NCBI GenBank assembly: GCA_963790475.1
Contig: CAWBOS010000012.1
Span: 1 to 64,000 of the forward strand
Length of the DNA: 64,000 bases
Source: an uncultured delta proteobacterium
GTDB taxonomy: Bacteria > Desulfobacterota > RBG-13-43-22
Reading direction: 5' to 3'
Shown here in pieces: positions 24,159 through 34,729 of the stretch. Within the stretch, counting starts at the first letter, position 1. Each line of letters starts with the position of its first letter. The notes under the pieces were generated by a model that saw only the letters and a program-made list of their open reading frames with translations, ran no database searches and had not been told where the DNA came from. The translations under genes and the position numbers were made by a program.

Positions 24159-25557
24159 AGGAAGCCGCCTCCCTGAGACCCTGCTCGCTCAAGCCGGCGA
24201 ATTCATTTCCGGCTCCCTGGGCCTCTATTTCCCCAAAGACCGCCGAAGGGAATTGGAAAGGGGCCTGCGTTCGGTTGCTCCTGAGTTCGGCTTTGAAGAC
24301 CCCGAAGCCTGCACCAGGTGGCTCATCTCCTCCCCCCTCAGCAAGTCCCAGATAGGGGTCCTGGCCGGTCATCTGACTGTTGGGGAGACCTATTTCTTCC
24401 GAGACAAAAAATACTTCGCAATTCTCGAAGAGAAAATCCTCCCGGAACTCATCGAACTTCGAAGAACCACCGGCAAATACCTGAGGATCTGGTCCGCCGG
24501 TTGCTGCACCGGTGAGGAACCTTATTCTCTGGCTATCCTTCTTCACAAAATAATGGGTGACACCAAGGACTGGAATATTACCATCCTGGCCACCGATATC
24601 AACCCGACCTTCCTGAGGAAGGCCTCTAAAGGGATTTATGGAGAGTGGTCTTTCCGCGACACTCCCGAGTGGGTCAGAGAAAGATACTTCACCAAGACGA
24701 AGGAAAACCGCTTCGAACTTCTACCAAAGATCAGAAAGCGAGTGTCCTTTACCTGTCACAACCTGGTCCAAAATGCCTATCCGTCCTCGCTTACGCAGAC
24801 GAATGCCCTGGACCTGATCCTCTGCCGAAATGTGCTCATGTATTTGACGCCCGACTATAAGGGCCATGTGGCCGGAAAACTGGTCCAATGCCTGGTCGAA
24901 GGAGGCTGGTTGATTACCGGTCCGAGCGAGACCACCGAAGCCCTTTCCTCGGAATTCGTCAGCGTCAACTTCCAGGGGCCGACCTTCTATAGAAAACAGG
25001 AAACCCGGGGACCGGTGATTGATGATGGGCGATTGTCGATTGAAAAACCCTCGTTTATTCCCTTTGACATTCAATCATCAATCCAAAGGTCATTCATTTC
25101 TCCAGAAGATCGGTTCACTAACAATCAGCACCCCGAGGTCTCTGCCTCTCAATCGACAATCAACAATCAACAATCAGCAATCCAGTTGGCTCGCAGTGCC
25201 GCTGATCAAGGAAGTCTCCCGGAAGCCCTGGGTTATTGTGAAAAGGCCATCGCCGTCGACCGGTTCAACCCCGGACATTATTACCTTCGGGCTTCCATTT
25301 TGCAGGAACAAGGCAGACTGTCCGAGGCAGTCGACGATCTCAGAAAGGCGCTCTATCTCGACCAGGACTTCATACCGGCCCATATCCTTTTAGGGAGCCT
25401 TACCCTTCGGCAGGGGAATAGAAGAGGATCATCAAAACACTTTCGGAACGCCTTAAGGCTCTTGGGCCATCGCCCTGTTGAAGAGGTCATTCCTGGGGCC
25501 GAAGGCCTTACCGCCGGCCGGCTCAAAGAGATCATTCGGTCAACCATGTGGGATTGA
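24139..25557 (+). CDS. cheR: CheR methyltransferase with C-terminal TPR (WspC/FrzF-like)
   Basis: TVGETYFFRD, IWSAGCCTGEEPYS, ILCRNVLMY; TPR segment A..DLRKALYLD. Confidence 0.93.
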   Translation: MDKGKNKGSRLPETLLAQAGEFISGSLGLYFPKDRRRELERGLRSVAPEFGFEDPEACTRWLISSPLSKSQIGVLAGHLTVGETYFFRDKKYFAILEEKILPELIELRRTTGKYLRIWSAGCCTGEEPYSLAILLHKIMGDTKDWNITILATDINPTFLRKASKGIYGEWSFRDTPEWVRERYFTKTKENRFELLPKIRKRVSFTCHNLVQNAYPSSLTQTNALDLILCRNVLMYLTPDYKGHVAGKLVQCLVEGGWLITGPSETTEALSSEFVSVNFQGPTFYRKQETRGPVIDDGRLSIEKPSFIPFDIQSSIQRSFISPEDRFTNNQHPEVSASQSTINNQQSAIQLARSAADQGSLPEALGYCEKAIAVDRFNPGHYYLRASILQEQGRLSEAVDDLRKALYLDQDFIPAHILLGSLTLRQGNRRGSSKHFRNALRLLGHRPVEEVIPGAEGLTAGRLKEIIRSTMWD

Positions 25558-25598
25558 TGATTGTTGATCAATGATTGATGAAGGACGAATATTAAAAG

Positions 25599-25955
25599 AT
25601 GAGACCTGAAGACCTAAAGAAGAGAACCAAGGACTTCGCCCACAGGATTGTCAAACTTGCCTTGATCCTGCCCAAGATAACTCTGTGCGACCACATACGA
25701 AAACAGTTGATCAGGTGCGCCACATCTGTAGCTGCGAACTATCGGGCAGCTTTGTTGTCCCAGACCAAAGCGTCCTTTATTTCAAAAATCAGCACCGTTA
25801 TAGAAGGGGCTGATGAATCTGAGTTTTGGTTGGAATTCATTATCGATGAGAGGTTAATTGAAACCGAACTTATTACTCCCCTTCTTCGAGAGGCTCACGA
25901 GCTGGCATCCATTTTTGTTGCGGCAAGAAGAACCGCCCAGGGAAAGAAGCAATGA
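25599..25955 (+). CDS. Four-helix-bundle protein (23S rRNA IVP/Avd-like family)
   Basis: DLKKRTKDFA...QLIRCATSVAANYRAA...FISKISTVIEGADESEFWLE. Confidence 0.9.
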   Translation: MRPEDLKKRTKDFAHRIVKLALILPKITLCDHIRKQLIRCATSVAANYRAALLSQTKASFISKISTVIEGADESEFWLEFIIDERLIETELITPLLREAHELASIFVAARRTAQGKKQ

Positions 25956-26572
25956 CCATTCCAATCGACAATCATCGATCATCAATCATCGATTGGAAAG
26001 AGGTGCACCGGCGCCTGGACACGGCCAAAGAGGCCCTGGAAAAGGGGTGGTCCCCCAGCGAAGAGGAGAAGAAGCGGATTCTCAAGACCCGTGCCGAGGT
26101 CTTGGCCCGAGAACCTGATAAAATTGAACAAGGAGAACAGATAGAGGTTGTCGAGTTTACCCTTTCTTATGAGCAATACGGGGTGGAATCGCTTTATGTA
26201 AGGGAAGTCTATCCTCTCAAAGAATTCACCCCGGTCCCCTGTACCCCGGCTTTCGTCCTGGGCATCATCAACCTGCGCGGAACGATCCTGTCCATCCTTG
26301 ACCTGAGAAAGTTCTTTGACCTTCCCGAAACAGGGCTTGGCGATCTGAACCGGGTCATTGTTCTCTCTTCCGAAGACATGGAGTTCGGGGTCCTGGCCGA
26401 CACTATTACCGGGGTCCGCAAGGTTTTGCGCGACGGGCTGCAACCGCCTCCCCCGACATTCACCGGGCTCAGGCGCGAATATCTCAAGGGCGTTTCTCCG
26501 GATAGGATGGCCATCCTGGACGCCGGCAAGATCCTGGCCGACACAAGAATCGTGGTCAATGAGTTTGTCTAA
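25952..26572 (+). CDS. cheW: CheW adaptor (WspD-like, N-terminal helical extension)
   Basis: ILKTRAEVLA; TPVPCTPAFVLGIINLRG. Confidence 0.9.
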   Translation: MTIPIDNHRSSIIDWKEVHRRLDTAKEALEKGWSPSEEEKKRILKTRAEVLAREPDKIEQGEQIEVVEFTLSYEQYGVESLYVREVYPLKEFTPVPCTPAFVLGIINLRGTILSILDLRKFFDLPETGLGDLNRVIVLSSEDMEFGVLADTITGVRKVLRDGLQPPPPTFTGLRREYLKGVSPDRMAILDAGKILADTRIVVNEFV

Positions 26573-26777
26573 CATTGTTGATTGATGATTGAAATGACTT
26601 ATACCAAACAAATGCCAAAAGGTAAATCAAGGGCTGAAAAATTCACAGAGGTGCCTTTCAATCGACAATCATCAATCATCTATCATCTATCCAAGAATCA
26701 TCTATCATCACTATTTTTGGCTTTTGCTTTTCATTCAACAATCGACATTCATCAATCATCAATCCAGTGAGGTGCCT

Positions 26778-29414
26778 ATGTCTTCCAATCGCCCATCATC
26801 AATCGTCAATCATCAATCCAAAGGAATGCAGACTCGGGGGAAACTCTTTCTCGGCCTTGGCCTGATCATGCTCATTCTGGCTGTGGTAATTGCGACGGCC
26901 TACGTAAGCATTGCCAAGTTAAGAAGGTCGGCGGAAATCATTTACTCCCAGCAATTCACGGCGACCGTAGCTCTCAAAGACATGCGGGCCAATCAGAATG
27001 GAATCCGCGAAGACATGCTGGTCATGATGCTTTCCGAAAAGAACTCTGCCGAGCAGAAGACCAGGCTCCAGGACATCAAGGGCAGACTGGGGGAGATCAA
27101 GGAGGACGCCGATTCCGTCCGCCGTTCATTAAAAGATTCTCCACCCCTTTTAGGCAAGTTTGAAGAACTGGAATCCTTAAGAAAAGAATTCGAAAAGACA
27201 AGGGATGAAAGGGTCGTGCCCCTTATCACCGCCGGGCAAATTGCTGATGCCAAGAATCTGTCCCTCGGTATCCAATCGGAACGTAACGCCAAGATTCGCG
27301 CCAAGGTGGGTGAACTCATCAACCTGGTGGAGAAGGCGATCCAAGAGCAGCTGACCCGGTCGACGGATTCGTCCAGGAGGTCTTCCTGGATGATCATCAG
27401 CCTGGGGATCATCGGACTGCTGATCATTTTGGGCATTGCCTTTTTCATGAACCGCTTGGTGGTGGAGCGCGAGAAGGCGGAAACGAGACTTCAAGAGACA
27501 TCAGTCTATTCCAGAAGCCTCCTCGAAGCCAGCCTTGACCCTCTGGTCACCATCAGTCCGGAAGGCAAGATCACGGATGTCAACGAGGCCGCCACCAAGG
27601 TTACCGGCCTTGATCGCCAGTCCCTTATCGGTACCGATTTTTCAAACTACTTCACCGAGCCTGAAAAAGCCCGTAAGGGTTATCAGCAGGTCTTCGAAAA
27701 GGGCTATGTCACCGATTATCCCCTGACGATCAGGCATGCCGCAGGGAATTTGACCCATGTGCTTTACAATGCCTCGGTCTACAAAGACAGGGAAGGTAAG
27801 GTCCTTGGCGTTTTTGCGGCGGCCCGCGACATAACCGCCCAGAGACAGGCCTCTCAATACGCCCGCAGTCTCCTTGAGGCCAGTCTCGACCCTTTGGTGA
27901 CCATCAGCCCCGATGGAAAGATCACTGATGTGAACCAGGCAACGATTAAAGTGACCGGTGTCTCCCGGGAACGGCTCCTGGCCACTGATTTTTCGGACTA
28001 TTTCACCGAGCCGGAAAAGGCCCGCCAGGGTTATAAGAAGGTCTTCGAAGAAGGTTTTGTCACCGACTACCCCCTGACCATCTGCCACACTTCGGGAGGC
28101 CTCACCCATGTCCTTTACAATGCCTCGGTTTACAAAGACAGGGAAGGTAAAGTCCTCGGCGTCTTTGCGGCGGCCCGTGACGTTACCGCCCAGAGACAGG
28201 CCTCCCAGTACGCCCGCAGCCTCATCGAGGCCAGCCTCGACCCCCTGGTGACCATCAGCCCTGATGGAAAGATCACCGATGTCAACCGGGCGACCGAGGA
28301 GGTGACCGGCATCTCCCGTGGCCGGCTCGTCGGCAGTGATTTTTCCGACTATTTCACCGAACCTTCACGGGCCAGGGAGGGATATACCAGAGTGCTGGCC
28401 GAAGGTTTGGTCCGGGATTTCCCCCTGACCGTTCGCCATGGGTCAGGAAGGACGACGGACGTTCTTTACAACGCTTCGGTGTATAAAGACGAAGGGGGGA
28501 ACATGCAGGGAGTCTTTGCCGCGGCCAGGGACATCACCGAAAGGAAGCGTGCCGAGGAGAACCTCAGGCAGGTCATGCTCGAGGTGCAGGAGTCGGTGAA
28601 CATCCTGGCCCCGGCTACGACGGAAATCCTGAGCATCACCGGCCAGGTGGCCGCTGCCGCGTCGGAAACCGCCACGGCGGTAAGCGAGACCACCACCACT
28701 GTCGATGAGGTAAAACAGACCACCATCATGTCCAACCAGAAGGCCCAATACGTGGCCGAGATCGCGCAGAAGACCGCCCAGGCCTCGGAGGCCGGTAGAA
28801 AGTCGGTCAGCGAGTCCATGGAGGTTATGAACCGCATCCGGGGGCAGATGGAGTCGATCGCTGAAAGTATCGTCCGACTGAGCGAGCAGGGTCAGACCAT
28901 CGGCGAGATCATTGCCACGGTCAACGACCTGGCCGAGCAGTCGAACCTCCTTTCCGTAAACGCGGCTATCGAAGCGGCCAGGGCCGGAGAGCAGGGCAAG
29001 GGTTTCGCCGTAGTGGCTCAGGAGGTCAAGAGTCTGGCTGAACAATCGAAACAGGCTACCGGCCAGGTGCGGGCCATCCTCGGAGACATACAGAAGGCGA
29101 CTAATTCAGCGGTCATGGCCACCGAACAGGGGAATAAAGCAGTGGAGGCCGGCGTGGCCCAATCCAAACAGGCCGGCGAGACCATCAGCCTTCTGGCCGA
29201 TAGCATCTCCGCGGCAGCCCAGGCCTCGACGCAAATCGCCGCCTCAAGTCAGCAGCAATTAGTCGGCATGGACCAGATCGTCGTGGCCATGGATAACATC
29301 AAGACCGCCAGCACGCAAAATGTAGAAGGGGCCAGACAGACCGAATCGTCCGCCCAGAACCTTAATGAACTGGGGCAGAAACTCAAAAAGCTGCTTGAAC
29401 AATATAAGGGTTAA
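26778..29414 (+). CDS. Methyl-accepting chemoreceptor: TM-periplasmic helical sensor-TM-3xPAS-signalling domain
   Basis: Two TM helices, three 117-aa PAS/PAC repeats, [33 protein letters not shown]; ATG 26778 after GAGGTG (26826 is an alternative start). Confidence 0.93.
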   Translation: MSSNRPSSIVNHQSKGMQTRGKLFLGLGLIMLILAVVIATAYVSIAKLRRSAEIIYSQQFTATVALKDMRANQNGIREDMLVMMLSEKNSAEQKTRLQDIKGRLGEIKEDADSVRRSLKDSPPLLGKFEELESLRKEFEKTRDERVVPLITAGQIADAKNLSLGIQSERNAKIRAKVGELINLVEKAIQEQLTRSTDSSRRSSWMIISLGIIGLLIILGIAFFMNRLVVEREKAETRLQETSVYSRSLLEASLDPLVTISPEGKITDVNEAATKVTGLDRQSLIGTDFSNYFTEPEKARKGYQQVFEKGYVTDYPLTIRHAAGNLTHVLYNASVYKDREGKVLGVFAAARDITAQRQASQYARSLLEASLDPLVTISPDGKITDVNQATIKVTGVSRERLLATDFSDYFTEPEKARQGYKKVFEEGFVTDYPLTICHTSGGLTHVLYNASVYKDREGKVLGVFAAARDVTAQRQASQYARSLIEASLDPLVTISPDGKITDVNRATEEVTGISRGRLVGSDFSDYFTEPSRAREGYTRVLAEGLVRDFPLTVRHGSGRTTDVLYNASVYKDEGGNMQGVFAAARDITERKRAEENLRQVMLEVQESVNILAPATTEILSITGQVAAAASETATAVSETTTTVDEVKQTTIMSNQKAQYVAEIAQKTAQASEAGRKSVSESMEVMNRIRGQMESIAESIVRLSEQGQTIGEIIATVNDLAEQSNLLSVNAAIEAARAGEQGKGFAVVAQEVKSLAEQSKQATGQVRAILGDIQKATNSAVMATEQGNKAVEAGVAQSKQAGETISLLADSISAAAQASTQIAASSQQQLVGMDQIVVAMDNIKTASTQNVEGARQTESSAQNLNELGQKLKKLLEQYKG
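27516..28568 (+). repeat. Three tandem 351-bp PAS-encoding repeats inside the MCP
   Basis: Units start at 27516, 27867 and 28218 (SL[L/I][19 protein letters not shown]). Confidence 0.88.
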
Positions 29415-29519
29415 TGATTTTCGATGAAAGGGAGAATCGGTGAACCGGAGAATCGGAGATGGGAAATCATAAGTCGTCTACCTCATTGACAATCATCCAT
29501 CATCAATCATAAATCGACA

Positions 29520-31844
29520 ATGGATAAAGATGCTGCATTTCTGAAAAGGCTTCTGACTACCTTCAAGGTTGAGGCGGCGGAGCACATCGCTGCAGTCTCA
29601 TCAGGACTTCTCGAGATGGAGAAGACCCCTGCCGGCGGCAGACGCCCCGAGTTGATCGAAGGCGTTTTTCGCGAGGCCCACAGTCTGAAGGGGGCAGCCC
29701 GCACCGTCAATCTGCCGGTCATCGAATCGGTCTGCCGGTCCATGGAGAACATCTTCTCCATCCTGAAGAAGCGGGACAGGGAAACCCTTCCGGATTTCTT
29801 CGATATCCTCTATAGGGGCCTTGATTTACTCCGCGATCTTCTCGATTCCCTTGATGCTGAAGGGAAAACCCCTGATAAATCCCTGGTCAAAAAGCTGATT
29901 TCCGACCTCGATCAGGCCGCTGCAAATCTGGAGGTAACGGCTCCTAAGGACAGGGACGATTCTCCAATCCTCAGTCAACCATCGCCAATCGCCGACCAAC
30001 AATCATCAATCGCCAATCCTGACGCTGTTCCTCGAATCATCCGTCAACAATTGTCCATAGTCAATCCCGAGACCATCCGGGTCGAAAAGACAAAGCTCGA
30101 CTCCGTCCTGCTCAAGGCTGAAGGACTGCTCCAGGCTAAACAGTCCCTGGAAGAAAGGATCTCCGAACAACGAGAAATTATTGCTGACCTGGGAAACATG
30201 GAAAAACGATGGTCCGCGGTGAGAAACGAGGCCCGGACCTTGGGTAAATTTCTGGGAAAGGGGGTTGCGAGCGACGGGGCGCCAAGGGTGCTTCCTCCGG
30301 CCGGCCTTCTCGATTTTCTAAAATCCGGCCGGGAGCTTATCCGAACCCTCCAGACCAGGCTATTGTCCCTGGAAAACAAAATGGAGGCTGACCGTCGTTC
30401 GGTCGGCCTCATGGTTGAAGGCCTGGTAGAAGATACCAAGCGGTTGGCCATGACGCCCTTCTCCACGCTCTTCGATTCCCTGCCAAGGACCGTGCGCGAC
30501 CTTCTGACCTTGCAGGGGAAGGAGGCGGAATTAATTATCTCCGGCGGAGAGGTGGAGGTCGACCGACGAATCCTGGAGGAAATGAATGATCCGCTGATCC
30601 ACCTGGTAAGAAACTGTGTGGATCACGGAGTCGACAGACCCGATGAAAGAATCCTAAGGGGCCGGCCACCGGCCGGAAGGATTTCGCTATCGGTCGCTTA
30701 CCGGGACAGCGGCAAAGTCGAGCTGACTATAACCGATGATGGACCGGGAGTCGATATCGCCAAGGTGAGGAACTCCGCCCTGAAGCTCGGCCTTCTTTCG
30801 CCTGAGGACGCCGAAAGGCTCGACGGAGAGAGGTTGCAGGCCTTTATCTTCCGTTCGGGAGTGAGTACCAGTCCGATTGTTACCGACATCTCCGGCCGTG
30901 GACTCGGGCTGGCCATCGTCCAGGAGAAGGTAGAGAAGCTGGGGGGCGTAATCTCCTTAGAGTCTTCGCCCGCAACCGGGACGGCCTTCCGCATTCTTTT
31001 GCCAATGAGTCTGGCTACGGTCAGGGGGCTTCTCATACGCCTCGGAGAAAGATTTTTTGTTATTCCTACGGCTCAGGTCAGGCGTACAATGAGGGTATCT
31101 CCCGATGACATCAAAACGGTCGAAGGCCGGCAGACGATTTCCCTCTTCGGCTCCACCCTGCCTTTCGTCCACCTGGAAGCCATCCTTGAGATTCCTCCTT
31201 CTGGAAAAACCAGAGAAGAACCGTCTCTTTTTCAGGTAATCGTGCTGGAAGCGGAAGAAAAGCTTATCGCTTTCAAGACTGACGTGGTGTTGTACGAGCA
31301 GGAGTTTCTGGTGAAGGGCCTGGGCCGGCATCTTAAGCGGGTCCGCAACGTCTCAGGCGCTACGGTGCTGGGTGGAGGGAGGGTGGTATCCGTCCTTAAC
31401 GTCCCGGATATGATGAAATCCGCTGTAGAAGCTTCTGAAGCCGTCTCTTCGGTAGCCCCCCGTTCTCAAGAGATCGAAGAGAGAAGAAGAATCCTGGTGG
31501 TGGAAGATTCCGTGACCGCCCGGGTTCTCCTTAGAAATATTCTGGAGGGAGCGGGATACGAGATCAAGACCGCCATCGACGGTATCGATGCCTATTCCAT
31601 ACTTAGGGGGGAGGACTTTGACCTGGTGGTCTCCGATGTGGATATGCCCAAGATGAACGGCTTCGAGCTGACGACCAAGATCCGCTCTGATAAGAGGCTG
31701 ACCGAACTGCCGGTTATCCTGGTCACAGCCCTTGATTCTCGGGAAGACCGGGAAAGGGGCATTGACGTCGGGGCCAACGCCTACATCATCAAGAGCAGCT
31801 TTGACCAGAGCAACCTGTTGGAGGTGATTAAAAGGTTAATATGA
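29520..31844 (+). CDS. cheA: CheA hybrid kinase (Hpt-HATPase-CheW-REC; WspE/FrzE-like)
   Basis: FREAHSLKGAA, HLVRNCVDHG, SGRGLGL, C-terminal receiver domain (VVEDS...SDVDMP). Confidence 0.95.
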   Translation: MDKDAAFLKRLLTTFKVEAAEHIAAVSSGLLEMEKTPAGGRRPELIEGVFREAHSLKGAARTVNLPVIESVCRSMENIFSILKKRDRETLPDFFDILYRGLDLLRDLLDSLDAEGKTPDKSLVKKLISDLDQAAANLEVTAPKDRDDSPILSQPSPIADQQSSIANPDAVPRIIRQQLSIVNPETIRVEKTKLDSVLLKAEGLLQAKQSLEERISEQREIIADLGNMEKRWSAVRNEARTLGKFLGKGVASDGAPRVLPPAGLLDFLKSGRELIRTLQTRLLSLENKMEADRRSVGLMVEGLVEDTKRLAMTPFSTLFDSLPRTVRDLLTLQGKEAELIISGGEVEVDRRILEEMNDPLIHLVRNCVDHGVDRPDERILRGRPPAGRISLSVAYRDSGKVELTITDDGPGVDIAKVRNSALKLGLLSPEDAERLDGERLQAFIFRSGVSTSPIVTDISGRGLGLAIVQEKVEKLGGVISLESSPATGTAFRILLPMSLATVRGLLIRLGERFFVIPTAQVRRTMRVSPDDIKTVEGRQTISLFGSTLPFVHLEAILEIPPSGKTREEPSLFQVIVLEAEEKLIAFKTDVVLYEQEFLVKGLGRHLKRVRNVSGATVLGGGRVVSVLNVPDMMKSAVEASEAVSSVAPRSQEIEERRRILVVEDSVTARVLLRNILEGAGYEIKTAIDGIDAYSILRGEDFDLVVSDVDMPKMNGFELTTKIRSDKRLTELPVILVTALDSREDRERGIDVGANAYIIKSSFDQSNLLEVIKRLI

Positions 31845-31911
31845 AACAAAATAGATGAAACGGCGAAACGGAGCACCGGAGAGATGTTAAGAGCGATTCT
31901 CCGATTCCTCA

Positions 31912-32137
31912 CATTGAAATATGGAGAAAAAGACGTTATAAGGCGGCCTTTATTGCCAAATTGAGTGATGCTGAAAGCGAAGCTTGTGAGACTCAAGTGT
32001 GGATTGAGTTGGCTGAGAAATGTGGCTATCGGGAGATTGAAACTGCAGAGAATTTAACCAACACTTATGAGATGATTTTAGGCCAAATCGTAAAGATGAT
32101 CGAGGAATCGGACAAATGGTTAATCAAGTCAAAGTGA
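31912..32137 (+). pseudogene. 5'-truncated second four-helix-bundle gene flanked by inverted octamer repeats
   Basis: IWRKRRYKAAFIAKLSDAESEACETQVWIELAEKCGY...MILGQIVKMI..SDKW*; no in-frame start; GAAACGGA-type units at 31857-31880 and reverse-complement units at 32161-32194. Confidence 0.8.
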
Positions 32138-32216
32138 TCACCACCCAATATATTTTCTTTTCGCTCATTCACCGATTCTCCCTTTCTCCGTTTCAAGAAA
32201 TAAAGAAGGCGGCCTA

Positions 32217-33299
32217 ATGATCAAGGTACTTATCGTCGAAGACTCTCCCACCGCCCGGGACTACCTGGTCCATATTTTCAGTTCCGACCCGGGGACGGAG
32301 GTAATCGGAACGGCCAATGATGGGGCCGAGGCGGTGAAGTTGGCTGAAAGGCTGAAACCGGATGTTATCACCATGGATATCCATATGCCGGTCATGGACG
32401 GCCTCGCAGCCACCCGAAGGATCATGGAAACCCACCCGGTGCCTATAGTCATCGTCAGCGGTATCTGGGACCCGAGGGAGTTGGAGACCACCTTCCGGGC
32501 CATCGAAGCCGGTGCCCTGGCCGTGGTGCAGAGACCGGCAGGTGTAGGCCACCCGGAGAGTGAGCGGCTGAAAGAAGAGCTTATCTCCAAGGTCAAGCTC
32601 ATGTCGGAAGTAAAGGTTGTCAGGAGATGGGACCGTTCACCCAAGATAAAAGAAGAGAAAAAAATCGAAAAGCCCCCTTTTTCTATTAAAGCCAGGCAGG
32701 ATATAGAAATAGTAGCCATAGGGGCCTCGACCGGCGGTCCCCTGGTCCTTCAAACGATCCTTTCCAAGCTTCCGCCGGATTTCCCCGTGCCGGTCCTGAT
32801 TGTCCAGCATATTGCCTCTGGCTTTATTCAGGGGATGCTGGAATGGCTCTATGGGACCAGCGGCCTTCGATTGCACATTGCCAAAGACGGGGAAGAAATA
32901 TTGGGAGGCCGGGCCTACTTTGCCCCCGACGGGTTTTATATGGGGGCAGGGAAAAGCGGATTTTTACGGCTTCAAAAAAAAGAAACCGAGGGCCAAAACA
33001 ACTTAGCGGTGTCTCACCTTTTCCGGTCCGTTACCGAGGTGTATGGCGCAAAATCAGCCGGCATCTTGCTGACCGGCATGGGCAGCGACGGGGCTGCAGA
33101 ATTGAAATTATTGAGGGAAAAAGGGGCCTTGACTATTATACAGGATAAGGAAAGTTCTGTTGTCTTCGGGATGCCGGGAGAAGCCCGGAAACTCGGGGCG
33201 GCCATGTACGAACTCCCCCCTGAAAAGATAGCATCGGCCCTTATTTATTTGGTTGGTCATGGCCCAAAAAAGAATATTGATGATATAATTGACGCTTGA
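32217..33299 (+). CDS. cheB: CheB methylesterase with receiver domain
   Basis: IGASTGGP, VQHI, LTGMGSDGA. Confidence 0.95.
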   Translation: MIKVLIVEDSPTARDYLVHIFSSDPGTEVIGTANDGAEAVKLAERLKPDVITMDIHMPVMDGLAATRRIMETHPVPIVIVSGIWDPRELETTFRAIEAGALAVVQRPAGVGHPESERLKEELISKVKLMSEVKVVRRWDRSPKIKEEKKIEKPPFSIKARQDIEIVAIGASTGGPLVLQTILSKLPPDFPVPVLIVQHIASGFIQGMLEWLYGTSGLRLHIAKDGEEILGGRAYFAPDGFYMGAGKSGFLRLQKKETEGQNNLAVSHLFRSVTEVYGAKSAGILLTGMGSDGAAELKLLREKGALTIIQDKESSVVFGMPGEARKLGAAMYELPPEKIASALIYLVGHGPKKNIDDIIDA

Positions 33300-33357
33300 T
33301 GATTGTAAAAAAAGGCAACGGGCCTTTAAATCATCGATGGTCAATAGGGAGATCTGA

Positions 33358-34701
33358 ATGGAATCTATTATCAATGAGCATACCAGACTATTGATCGTCG
33401 AAGATAGTCCGACTCAAGCCGAAAATCTGAGCTATAGGCTTGAACAGCAGGGCTATAAGGTCTATGTCGCCCCAAATGGGGAAGAGGCCTTAAAGATGAT
33501 CCACCGGATCAGGCCGGTCATGATCATCAGCGATATCCTCATGCCGAAGATGGACGGCTTTTTGCTCTGTAAGAAGATCAAGTCGGATGAATACCTGAAC
33601 AACATCCCCGTTATCCTGCTCACGGCCTTATCCGACCCCCAAGACGTGCTCAAAGGCCTTGAAAGCGGGGCCGACGATTTCATTACCAAACCCTATGATG
33701 AGGAATATCTCCTGGCAAAGATCCGGCACACCCTGATCAAAGCCGGAATACCCCGGGAATCGGAAGTCCCAAAGGGGGTGGAGGTCTTATTTAAGGGTGA
33801 GAAATATTGGATCACTGCCGAACGGCAACAGATCCTCGATCTTCTGCTTTCGACTTACGAAACAGCCGTCATCAAGAACCATGAGCTGAAGAAGGCTCAA
33901 GAAGAACTGCGCAGGTCCCGGGACGAGTTGGATGTCCGGGTTCGTGAACGAACAGCCGAACTTTTCCTTGCCAATGAAGGACTAAGAAAAGAAATTGCCG
34001 AACACCAAAAGGCGGAAGAGGCCCTCCAGGAATCAAAGAAACAACTGCGAATCCTGGCCTCCAAGATCCTAACCGCTCAGGAAGATGAAAGAAAACGGGT
34101 CGCCCTTGAAGTTCATGATATCCTGGGATCGTCTTTGAGTGCCATCAAATTCAAGGTAGAAGAGGTTTTAAGTAATATCCCCCAAGACCAGATGCCGGCT
34201 AAATCCAATCTCATAGAGGTCCTCATCCCCTTTATCAAGGAAACCATGGAAGAAGCCCGACGGATTCAGGCCGACCTGCGCCCCCCTCTTCTGGATGATC
34301 TGGGAATTATAGCCACCATTTCCTGGTTTTGTCGAAGATTTGAAACGATTTATTCGGCTATCCGCGTTGAAAAAATGATTACCATCCGGGAGGAGGAGGT
34401 GCCGGATCATCTTAAGATCGTCCTTTTTAGAATTATACAGGAAGCCATGGCTAATATCGGCAAACATGCCAGAGCCGACTATATGTGTCTGGGATTGCGA
34501 AAAGTAGACTCCACCATAGAGCTGAGTATCAGGGATAATGGAAAAGGTTTTGACCAGGCCACATTTTCTTCTGAGGAAAGTTTGAAAAAAGGTCTGGGGC
34601 TTTCCAGCATGAGAGAGCGAACCGAATTTTCAGAGGGCACATTTTCCATCGAGTCGGCCAAGGGATCTGGGACGCTGATCAAAGCCATTTGGCCGATCTG
34701 A
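33358..34701 (+). CDS. Receiver-histidine kinase (HisKA_3/NarX-type), likely output of the chemosensory operon
   Basis: N-terminal receiver domain; QEDERKRVALEVHD, LRPPLLDDLG, EAMANIGKH, DNGKGF, GLGLSSMRER. Confidence 0.9.
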   Translation: MESIINEHTRLLIVEDSPTQAENLSYRLEQQGYKVYVAPNGEEALKMIHRIRPVMIISDILMPKMDGFLLCKKIKSDEYLNNIPVILLTALSDPQDVLKGLESGADDFITKPYDEEYLLAKIRHTLIKAGIPRESEVPKGVEVLFKGEKYWITAERQQILDLLLSTYETAVIKNHELKKAQEELRRSRDELDVRVRERTAELFLANEGLRKEIAEHQKAEEALQESKKQLRILASKILTAQEDERKRVALEVHDILGSSLSAIKFKVEEVLSNIPQDQMPAKSNLIEVLIPFIKETMEEARRIQADLRPPLLDDLGIIATISWFCRRFETIYSAIRVEKMITIREEEVPDHLKIVLFRIIQEAMANIGKHARADYMCLGLRKVDSTIELSIRDNGKGFDQATFSSEESLKKGLGLSSMRERTEFSEGTFSIESAKGSGTLIKAIWPI

Positions 34702-34729
34702 TTGGGTCTTCTTTGACCTTGAACACTTT

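Larger units (their letters stand above)
25017..26818. repeat. Cluster of degenerate heptamer arrays (ATCAATC/GATTGAT family) in both orientations
   Basis: Arrays at about 25017-25043, 25150-25182, 25552-25581, 25962-25994, 26574-26593, 26658-26708, 26731-26764 and 26786-26818; more at 29484-29520, 29966-30066 and 33277-33375. Confidence 0.8.

Noticed and set aside
25599-25955. Diversity-generating retroelement suggested by the Avd-like four-helix-bundle gene
   Set aside because: No reverse transcriptase in the window and no TR/VR pair with adenine-specific mismatches.
26582-26770. 62-aa ORF between cheW and the MCP
   Set aside because: It is mostly a translation of heptamer repeats, with no convincing RBS or recognisable domain.
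25017-33375. CRISPR array
   Set aside because: Units are degenerate 7-8-mers without unique spacers of constant length, and there are no cas genes.
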